Assembly (NCBI GenBank): GCA_049999805.1
Contig: JBNGIO010006164.1
Span: 151,939 to 215,081 of the forward strand
Reading direction: 5' to 3'
DNA: 63,143 bases
DNA from: Folioceros fuciformis
Taxonomy: Eukaryota
Shown piece by piece: positions 53,074 to 63,143 of this stretch. Every line of letters begins with the position of its first letter. The first letter of the stretch is position 1. Under the pieces are notes generated by a model. That model had not been told where the DNA came from, did no database searches, and saw only the letters and a list, made by a program, of their open reading frames with translations. A program made the translations under genes and the position numbers.

Positions 53074-55884
53074 TTAATGGTGATCTCCGCAAGAACAAAA
53101 CCCATCCACAAAATGGTGGACACGGTGTGCATCTCTGACGATGATTTCTCGCTTCTCTATTTTCGACATTTTCTTAGTGCCGTTGTGGCAGTCATTGCAC
53201 ATCCTTAGATTCTTCGTGACCAACAAAGTTGTACCATGTGAAGTGTTTAGGAGGCCGTAAGCCAAGGCCAGTTTCTCCGCGTGTCCGCACAATCCGTCAT
53301 CGTGCTCTCTGCTAAAACCTCCCTCCGTCACCACCTGACCATGCACTGCTTTGCCTTGTTTGTCTTCTAACTTCTCACCTACACTGCTCATCTTGGAGGA
53401 AACGTCATCCCTTTCCTCCCCAACAAAAAAAGTGTGAACCCGATAGTCTACCTCGATGCAGGCACTTGCAGGCTTCTTGCAAGCACCTGCAGTCTTTCTC
53501 AGCCTTTCTATCCGGTCGACATCCCTCTGCCTTCCAGCTTTAGCATAGATATCGGCCATGATCACGTATGCTGCTGCATTCTGGGGTTCGAGTTTCACCA
53601 GTTGCTCAAAACATCGCCTTCCCTTGGTAGTATCGCCATGACTTTTGCAGGCACCAAGCAAAGTCGTCCAACCTACAACGTCGTTTTCGAACGGCATGGT
53701 GCATAGCATGTTTTCTGCCTCTTCTAGATGGCCTGACCGCCCCAGAAGATCCACCATGCAGTTATAATGAACAGCTGTGGGTACGATACCGTAACGTTCC
53801 TGCATAGTTTTGAAGTATTGCTGACCTTCTTCCACCAATCCCGAATGACTGCATGCAACCAAAAGACACACCAAAGAGGTGTCATTGGGTTCGACTCCGT
53901 GGTGTTGCATCTCTTGAAAGCACCAGAGTGCCGTCTGCCCGTCGTTGCTCTGGCCATATCCATTCATCAGAGCATTCCATGTCACTACATCTTTGGCAGG
54001 CAATCTATCGAAAAGTCTACGGGCGTCCTCCAAGCTCCCACATTTTGCATACATGTCCACCAGACTATTGCCAACAATCACATCCCCTTCAACTCCCCTT
54101 CTCCGAGCCTCATCATGGAGCTGCTTTCCTTGTTGTAGAGCTCCCACACTGGCACATACTTTCAGGAGGCACACGATTGTAACGTCGTTGCCGGGTGTCA
54201 TGCCCTCCTGTTGCATGCGTGTGAACAGGGACAGTGCTTCTTGAGCATAACCATTGTGAGCATACCCTGTGAGCATGGCTGTCCAAGTCACCACATCTTT
54301 CGTCTGCAAACCGTCGAACACATTACGAGCATGCTCTACGCTGCCACATTTCGCATACATGTCCACGAGGCTGCTTCCAATGACTAGATCAGGTTCGAGC
54401 CCTCTTTGCTGGATGTGAGAGTGCAGCTGCTTGCCCAGATGCAAAGCCCCAGTGCTGGCACATGCTTTCAAAAGGCACGAAAACGTGACATAATCACCTG
54501 GAGTCATGGCTTCCTCCTGCATCATTGAATGAAGAGTGAGGGCCTCTCCAAAACGCCCATGCTGAACATAGCCTGTGAGCATGGCATTCCATGATACGAC
54601 ATCTTTGATCTGCAAGCTGTCAAACACTCTACGAGCATCCTCCAGGCTGCCGCATTTAGCATACATGTCTACCACACAATTGGCAACAAGGGTGTCAGTT
54701 GCAAGACCTCTTTCTTCGATTTGACGGTGCAGGTCGCTGCCCTCACGTAATGCCCCAGTGCTGGCACATGCATTCAACAGGCACACAAACGTTATCCGAT
54801 CGGCTGGAACCAGGCCCTCTTTTTGCATACTTGCATACAGGGAGAGGGCTTCTTGAGCCATTCCCCGCTCAGCATACCCTGCAATCATTGCAGTCCAGGT
54901 CACCACATCCCTAGTGAGGAGACTGTCAAACAATTTGCGAGCATCCTCCACGCTCCCGCATTTTGAGTACATGTGCACCAGGCAGTTTTGGACAAACATA
55001 TCCGGTTCAAGTGCACTTCGCAGAACGTCAGCATGAACCTGCTTCCCAGATGACAGATCTGCTGCTCTAGCGCATGCGTTGAGGACCGGCACAAACGTAT
55101 GATTGTCTGGCCTCACACTGGACTGTCGCATGTGGCGGTAAAGTGCAATGGCCTGCACAGGCTCTCCACGTTCAACATGTGCCAACATGATGACAAACCA
55201 GGAGAAAGCGTTGGGTGCGGGCAACTTGTGGAAAGCCTGCAAGGCCTCTTGTAAGGTGCCATGAGAAGCGTACATGCGAAGAAAGTAGTTGGCCAGCAAT
55301 GTCCGCGACTCATACCCGCTTGCTATAGCGATGGCATGAAGCCGCCTGCCAAGCTTGAGATCCCTATCCGCAAGGCACCTCTTGACAACACGATAGAAAG
55401 GATATGCAGGAACATAAGATCCTCGCTGCACCATAAGGTCCAACACAACTACCGCCTCCTCCGTAAACCGTCCTTCCTCACCCCATTCGCCCCACTTCAC
55501 ATCAGCCCCAGATGGCAAAAAGCTTCCCACTCTGCCACAGGTGAGGAGGGGGGACTGTCAAACACACACAAATTCTAATGGTCCCGTCCCGACAAATTCA
55601 TTCACGTCCGTTAGCAACCGAATACAAAAGCAACATGTTCCGAACCTGCTGCTAAATCCCTCACAGCCAACTCTTCCGCTCACACACTCCTCCGCTGAAA
55701 ACTGGTAGGCATGCAGAGAAGCAGGCGGCCCGGATTTGCGTTGCTCTGCTGTGCTTCGAAGCGACGACACACGTCTGCACCAATCCTCCAAAGCCAGAGG
55801 GCTGCTGCGCTGCTGACAGACCTTGCCTTCAACCAGGCTCCGGGCACCGACATGGCCGATCATCAATCTGCCTAGCCCCTTCAT
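53074..55884 (-). CDS. PLS-E-DYW:KP PPR protein (candidate U-to-C editor) without PDF motif, 2 exons
   Basis: Main ORF 53074-55530 has CKKPASACIEV, GHAEKLALAYGL, CNDCH and ends CSCGDHH. Exon 1 (55884-55646, ATG) joins in frame through a GT-AG intron at 55645-55532. Confidence 0.9.
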
Positions 55885-57629
55885 TCACGCTGCCGCTGCC
55901 ACTGCTGAGGACAAACATCCTCCTGACACCGAAGGCCCGTTCTTGCGAGGGGATCCTCCAATGTAGATGGATGGAGGAAACACTCCATGGCTAACTACAC
56001 TACTTACATACTTGGATGTGCATATATACAAGCCATCATGGCTTGCCAATTGCCTCTTTCGAGGACTCACACACTCATTAACCTCGGTTTATGTACCTCG
56101 GTTTATGTAGGAGACGAGAGGAAACCTTGGATCACCTAGAGTGCTAGTATTAGTGCACTTACGGAGTGACAAAGACCTACCCATGGAGCTACACACATGG
56201 GCTTGGTACGGCCGCAGGCGCTCACCCAATATCAAAAATTCAGTCCATCGTCAATTTTCTTGCTCACCATCAAGTTATCAGCAATACGCGTGTGGTATGA
56301 AATCACTGCATCACATAACAAGAATTTGCACATTGTCCCAAGCACACCAAGCAAGTGGACATCCTAGCTTGCCCTACACACTTAGAGCAAGCTATTGGTG
56401 GAGCAGCCCCTCTATCCCCCTTCATCAGCAATGGAGGATCCATGGCACCTAAGCAACAGTGAAAACCAAAAACTAGGTCCTAACATGTTCATGATATTTG
56501 CGAACACATTTACAAATGGATAGATCTCAGTGGTTAGCAAAGCAATCACATGGTCAGAAAATCCAACACCCAAAAACTAAGACAAGAGCATCTCCTCCAA
56601 CCAAAAGATAAGCTGTAGAATAGATTTCAAAGGAATATGTGGGCAAACTCACTTTCTGAGCCATGTAGCAATAGGCAATCTTCCCAAAGGCACCAAGGTA
56701 AGCAAGGAGTCAACCAAGGAGAGGGCTAAGGAATCAACAGGAGGGGGAGGGGATGCAAGCTTACAGTGAAGGATCACCAAGTTGTTTGAGGTATAAGAAG
56801 AGAAAAAGTTAAGACAAGCTATCTTGGAGGTGCAAATCTTGAGAACCAGGTGTTGCACAAGGAATGCATTACGGGACACAATTTTTCTTACTGGCTGCAA
56901 CTTGGTGCCAAAGTAAGCCAACATCCTCTTAGCATCTAAGGAGCCATCAATTCCATCAATGCACGGCTTTAAAAAATTGAAGCCATGCTCTAGCCCGCTA
57001 GGTGGCAACCAAGTGTAAATGATGCTTTATCACATACATACATACATACATACCAAAGTGTACGTATGTTATCATTTATACAGATCATTAAGATTTGTCA
57101 TTAGCCTTTTCTAAGGACTTGCAAATGTGCTTAACAACCAAAGAGCAACTTACCGAATGTTCAGCTCAGCAGATTGACAAGACAAGATCAGCCCTTTACA
57201 ACGCCATCAAGCAAGCAAACAAATCATCCGGCTTTGCACATTGTCACCATATGTGCAGGTCTTGGTGGCAAACTAGCCGGCATTCCAGTGGTGTGCTGAA
57301 CCTTCACCCTGCCTTCATACACCCTGCCTTCATAGCCACCTATCAGGGATCATAAGCCTACATTTGTGGTTCCGAATGATAGGTGGATCTAGGTGCCAAG
57401 CTAGCTGCTGCAAACTAGAAAACGCCCAATTCGTAAAAACAACAAGAAGCATCACCAAACAAACTACTAGGTCAAGTACCTGTTGAGTCATGGCGGTATG
57501 AGGTAGAGACAAGGGGATCTAAGCCAGCAATGGAGCAAGGCATTCCATGCACTTGTGTGTTTATATGCTGGGCTAAGAGATGTGTCAACCTAATTTCCTA
57601 GTTTATGGCAGGGACAGTTAGTGTGCCAC

Positions 57630-57700
57630 CTAGCCTTGCTGCCACAATAATGTTTGTGGGCTTGCTAGCCTTGCCACCATAATAATGTTGGTGGGCTTGC
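57630..57700. repeat. 35-bp tandem duplication
   Basis: CTAGCCTTGC..CCA.AATAATGTT.GTGGGCTTG twice. Confidence 0.75.
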
Positions 57701-57788
57701 TTGCGCTGAGAAATCAACCCATTCATAGAAGTGTGTCTAAGAGACAATGGCGTCTTGTCAGTTTAGCATTAGAAAAAGCCTTTCATGC

Positions 57789-57892
57789 GGCTAAGATTAT
57801 GAGCCATCAAAGACATTGGGCTAAGATTATGAGCCNNNNNNNNNNAGCCATCAAAGACATTGGGCTAAGATTATGAGCCATCAAAGACATTG
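57789..57892. repeat. 30-bp tandem repeat spanning an assembly gap
   Basis: GCTAAGATTATGAGCCATCAAAGACATTGG copies flank the N-gap 57836-57845. Confidence 0.9.
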
Positions 57893-57914
57893 TAGGTGTG
57901 CAGAGATGAGTGCC

Positions 57915-58123
57915 CTGAAAGGGTCACCTTGGTAATTACTGAAGAGTCACCCTGATAATAATCACTGAAAGGATCACCTTGGTAATCAGTAATCAGGGAA
58001 AGGGTCACCCTGGTAATCACTGGAAGGGTCACCCTGGTAATCACTAGAAGGGTGGTAACCATTGAAAGTAATCATTGAAAGGGTCACCCTATAATCACTG
58101 AAAGCGTCACCGTGGTAATCACT
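57915..58123. repeat. Degenerate 24-bp minisatellite, about 8 copies
   Basis: Consensus GAAAGGGTCACCCTGGTAATCACT. Confidence 0.85.
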
Positions 58124-59251
58124 CATTGTGTGCCCGCTCATTCAGGTCTGGACAGTATTTTTCAGCTCATTGATTGCTATTTATTGGTACATGTTATGTA
58201 TGTATTGGTTTAGGAACCGCTTCGTTTTCATTGGCCATGGCACCTTAAAACAGACATGTACAAAATGTATGCACATGGGGCTACCAAACGGGAACACCCT
58301 CTTCACCTACTTGGCTTGCTGACTACCAGCAGCCCAGCTACACAGCTGCCTACATGTATGTATGCACGTATCTCAAGAAGAAACGACAGGGCGCACCTCT
58401 CTACATCGCATATTAGGGCAAGGTCCAACCCGAGCTTACACCCTTGCACGAGTTCATGAAGCGAGGCGAAGCCAAGCCAAGCCAAGTGAAGTGAAGTTAA
58501 GGATGCACCACCAGCGACGGCCGGGATGGATGTCACTTCCCATTCCCAACCAAATGACATGACAGGGCAGACATTACCGCCTGCCTCCTCATTCTTGGCT
58601 TACTACTAACCCTCAGCTTCATCCACTTGAATAAGGAGAAAAGCTCCCGAGGCGCCCACCACTGTGTACAGCGGCTATTTCCTACGCCTTTTGGTCAAAA
58701 TCTACTACGACCGGATCGCATGACACCGGCTGGTGACCACCCTCCTGGTACTGTACAAACCCTCTTGCACCTGACTCCTCGCCCAACAGTCGCACCTGGC
58801 TCCTCGCCCGAAAGGTTCATGAAGGTGACCATTGCCCATAATTGCAGCAGGAGAGCATTGAGCCTGGGATTCGCCGCAGGCTCCATGCGGCGCTCAAGTG
58901 AGACAAGGCAACACTTTTCAACATCAACAGGATGCAGGATCCCTCAAACTTCGAGCAAACAGCCTGACTGGCTAGGCTAAGCTGCTGACCAGTTTTCACG
59001 CTTGTAACCAATTAACAATATAAGCTAAAAAAACAGTCGCTACACCCTAGCCAGCTGCGACGCGGATCTTCATGGGTCTCCGCCATGCACCGGATCACTC
59101 CGCTGGTGTAGCAAACCTACAACTGGTGGCACGGGCAGGCATACACAGCTGCGACGTAGAACCAGGATCCACAATTTTTACCATTCCGGAGCTCGCAGCT
59201 TAGTGACAGGGCAGGGGCACACAGCCGCTGTACAATCAACACAAGCTGGCC

Positions 59252-60449
59252 TCAATCCAGCTCTTCATGCCGTGCCCGCGAGAGAAAGCTGTCATCGTGC
59301 TCTTCGGGTACGGATGTCTGACCACTGCCACCAGAGTTGCCAGTGCTTGCAGCCGTGTTCCCATTGCCCCTGCTAGTGCTGGCAGTTTCCCCATCGCTAG
59401 GAGGGGAGGTCCTGAAAGGCCAGGGGAGATGGAAAGATATGCGCCGACCGGAGGCTGCACCTGCTCCTGTTGCTCCACCACCACTGTTGGTGCCCGTTGA
59501 CACACCAGGGCCGCCACCAGCCACCCCTGTAGATTGAGACGAGTCAGAAGTCACGCCCTGGAATCCGCTTGGATGGCCGCTCAGAAATGTAAAGCCAGTA
59601 TTCCCTGCCGCCAGACCCTCTCCACCAGGAGCTGTACCAGGCCCCATAGCTTGCTGTTGGGCGGCCCTTGCCTGATTGTAATCAGGATCGTCCGTAGGCA
59701 TCTCATACCGACAAACTGGGCACGAGTTGTGCTGGGACAGCCAGGGCAGAATACACTCAGCGTGGTACATGTGCTTGCAGGGCATTTGTTTCACGTCACA
59801 CCCAAGATCAAACTCCTCCTTGCAAACTGCACACTGAGCTGCATCTGTCCCAACATGCTCCTTTTGAATCTGAATGGTAGGCATAGCATCTATGGCTGAC
59901 TTGGATGCTGGAGGTGCACCATACCTATTAGGGTCATTCTCAGCCAACTGCTGAATAAGCTGATCCAAGCCTGGTCNNNNNNNNNNNNNNNNNNNNNNNN
60001 NNNNNNNNNNNNNNNNNNNNNNNNNNNNNNNNNNNNNNNNNNNNNNNNNNNNNNNNNNNNNNNNNNNNNNNNNNNNTCCCCTCTGGCCCTCCTGCATCGA
60101 AGCCGGCGGGCTGGATCTGCTGTAGGACAGCGGACATAGCTTCCAGCACCTGCCAAAATCCGGGCTGGCCACCCTGAGGAGCCCTCGCCCTGAGTCCCGC
60201 CCCTTGGAAGGGCCCCAACCCTGGCATACGTCCTGGATCTGCTCCGCTGTCTGCTCTGCCCGGGCCGCCGTCTAGATCCGCGGCATACACATCGAGCCCG
60301 GGGTGTTGCACATCCCCACTCTCCGTCTCCTCGAGAAAGCCCTCATGACATATGGGACAAGACAACTCCGCACCTGGAGGCAGAGGCCCTAACCTGACGG
60401 TGCGACGACACTGATGGCACCAGTAAGCCGTGCTTTGCGCAGAAGACAT
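59252..60449 (-). CDS. RING-H2 E3 ubiquitin ligase with N-terminal zinc ribbon (RING1/RNF126-like)
   Basis: YWCHQC...CPICHEGFLEE, GLDQLIQQLAENDPNRYGAPPASK, CAVCKEEF...MPCKHMYHAECILPWLSQHNSCPVCRYEMPTDD. An N-gap lies inside the gene. Confidence 0.92.
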
Positions 60450-60678
60450 TTGGGCCACACGCCAAAGCCAAAACGCCTCTCCCCTGCCGCCACAGCACAA
60501 GACTCTGGTCGGCTTACACAACCCTGGTCACTCCCGCACAAGGTTGTCAGAGGCAGCAGGCTCAAAGATTGCTGGTGCGCTTGCTGCCAGAGATCATTCC
60601 TTCCTACTACCAAGTTCCCCAACACTCGTTTCTATCTCCGCTGCCTCTGCTGCCTCTCCTGACTTCGTCTCTTTCTCC

Positions 60679-60740
60679 TTCTGCTGCTGCTACTACTGCT
60701 GCGGCCTTTGCTGCTGCTGATGATGATGATGCTGCTGCTC
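60679..60740. repeat. Compound trinucleotide microsatellite (CTG/CTA/GAT) 5' of the RING gene
   Basis: CTGCTGCTGCTACTACTGCTG...GATGATGATGATGCTGCTGCT. Confidence 0.8.
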
Positions 60741-63143
60741 CTTGTGTGTCTCGTGCTTCTACAGCAATCACACCACTCTCAGTATACTTCGGGCAACAAC
60801 GCCGCTCACCACCTTCAACTCACAAATTCGATTCAACAGGTGACCAGCCATGCCAAACACACATCAGCCATTCACCGCATGCACCAATGGTTGCCCGCAG
60901 GTGGAGGAGGTCCAGGTCCCAGGTCCCCCTTCACGTAACAATCGCCTCACTACTTCCACTCCTTCGCACTCAGGGCTTTCCAACTTAACGTATGGCTGGG
61001 GTGGGTTCCGTTTAGGGTTCCCATTCAAAACTTTAATGTATACGGATAGATGAAAAGTTCTCAATGGTCCGAAAAAACGATCAGGCGTAGCAGCCTGTTA
61101 GCAAAATCGAGTGAGCGGGGCATACGGAGATACAAGCGATAGAAAGAAGCGTTAGCAACTTAGAAGTGAGAAAAGAACCAAATACACACTAACACTCGCC
61201 TTCTAAGTTGTCCACCGTTCTTAAAAAAAGCATTGACTCGCAGCTCTTTAGATCAGCCAGATCAAACAAAAATAATGAGAGACGACTTCCCAAGGTCTTT
61301 GCTTAAGGATGGAGTTTATTGCTCTCTCTTTGTTCTCCTCTTGAAATAGCTTTATTAGTATCCGAATGACAAGCCCATAGTGATTTGGAAGGACCCATGC
61401 GAAACCAGCAAACAAAACGGATTTGCACGAGCTGCCTATGTCTCAGAGTTATCTCAAAATGTTTTAAAGCTACCAATAGAGACTTGTGAGAGAATGAGTT
61501 GAAAATGAATACCCTCAAGATTGTAAGAAGAGAAGAAGGTAAGACATTATATAAAGTGTTCGATTCTGGCTCTCCTTAGAGACTTGAACAATATGAATTT
61601 AAGAAGAAAGCCCTCAAGGTTATAAGGAAAAAAAAGCAAGAGAGCAAACAGTGATAATGCACCCAATTGAGAGTATGGAGAGATTGAGAGTGTGTTGACT
61701 AAGTTGAAAATGACGGCCCTTGAGGTTATGAGAAGAAATGAAGACAAGAAGTTATAAAGCATGGAAATGCCACTAAGAAGAAGAGAGACTAAGGCTTTGT
61801 GAATTGAAAGTGAAGGCCCTCAAGACTATCAAAAAGACATAATTAATTATAAAGAGTCCCAGTGAGATTGGCAAGACACGAAATTGAAAGTGCAATCGCA
61901 TCAAAAGAAAAAAAGATAAGAACCTATAAAGTCTTCAAATGACATTGTTGGAAGATATATTTCAATGAGCTTAAGTATGTGAAAGGACTAGAAACAATGC
62001 AAAGGAAAATTAATCGAGCACATTGCATGTTTACCATCACATACTATTGAAGAAAAAGTCTCCTTATTTTCTATGATTGAAAAAGAGATGGAAAGTCCCA
62101 TCTACTCTAAAGATAGGAACAATCCGAGCATAGCCAAAGGCCAAAAGAGGTACTATCCCCTTCAACCATACTACCTACTGCTCCCAAAATGTCATGATGT
62201 GGAATAACAAAAGGCCTACCTACCACAAATGTCAAAGAAGCCACTTAACCTGTGCTTATTGTTGTTTTAAAAACCATGTTGGCCAATGCTTTTTACAAAG
62301 CAATGGATACTTATTGTCGAAAGAAGGCCATGTCGTGCAGCAACCGCATAGCTGCATGCCTACCTAGCCTATCCACGAAGCTAAGTATCTAAGCAAAAGC
62401 CTGCCTGTGATATCCTTGGCCTATGGCCTAAGATCAACAACCTAGCCACAAATTGTCCTTGCCCTATGACCAAGAGCAAGGCTACAATAAGGGATGGGTC
62501 TGCTTAAGAGAGGCAGGCCCAGGGCCGCAAATAGGTAAAGTCAAGATGGAAAATTCTCCCAACCTGACAATGCAACAGATGACATGAACCTCTAGGAGAC
62601 AAAGACACAGCAGGGGCGAAGTATGGCGGTCTATTAGAACAAGACAAACATCAACAATCCGAGAATACATGGCTGGGTAGCCCATATATATAGGCAAAAT
62701 CCCTAAGAACTCTCAATGAAGTGCTTCCTCGCATCGATGGTAGGCACTTTATAATCCTACTTCTCCTTGGCCTTTGGTCTATTCTATTATCAAATAATAA
62801 CCATGGCCCCATGCGTCTTAAGAGCAAGGGGGATGAAAATATGCCCGTCTTGCGGAGGAGAATACTTATGGACTTTGACACTTGCACAACCCTCCACCGC
62901 CCATCCAGGGGGGGTTGGTGACATAAGACTTGATATAGAAACTGGAGAAGGCGCAACAGTTCTACTAAGGTAACATGGTCACCGCGCAAAACAAGAAGAA
63001 AGAATTTTCAAATGCAATATAAGGGTCACCGATTTGAGATAAGTTCAAAATATGAGCTAAATCTTTATCCAATGCTATATCCACAAACCTATGAACAAAA
63101 TCACGAGATCTCACAGGAACACCCAAGACGCGAAGTTCCTCTC

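Noticed and set aside
59977-60076. Apparent frameshift in the RING E3 gene
   Set aside because: It coincides with a 100-N placeholder gap of unknown true length.
61300-63143. AT-rich terminal block with short ORFs (one containing CPSC)
   Set aside because: No recognisable protein, LTR or RT motifs. It may be TE-derived, but the sequence alone does not support a call.

Overview
Gene-dense eukaryotic land-plant nuclear DNA with short GT-AG introns (mostly about 70-200 nt) and four N-gaps (1482-1491, 18879-18978, 57836-57845, 59977-60076). The mix of DYW:WW-type and DYW:KP-type PPR genes points to a seed-free plant, most likely a hornwort (inference). The window is dominated by a cluster of PLS-class PPR organellar RNA-editing-factor genes. 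Five open WW-type genes and one pseudogene all lack a complete deaminase. Three complete DYW:KP (HAE) genes are candidate U-to-C editors. One E+ gene has long 'LL' motifs, and there are PPR/DYW relics. Other genes: a CYP71-clan P450 pseudogene, an isocyanide-hydratase-like DJ-1/PfpI gene, CCS52/FZR, ferrochelatase with a CAB tail, NSE1 and a RING-H2 E3 ligase. The most striking observation is that two DYW:KP genes carry an intact N-terminal 'PDF' motif, the ssDNA-binding module of plant OSB proteins. Decayed copies of the motif appear at the same position in several deaminase-less WW paralogues. This suggests a lineage of PDF-PPR-DYW fusion editors that I do not recognise as described.
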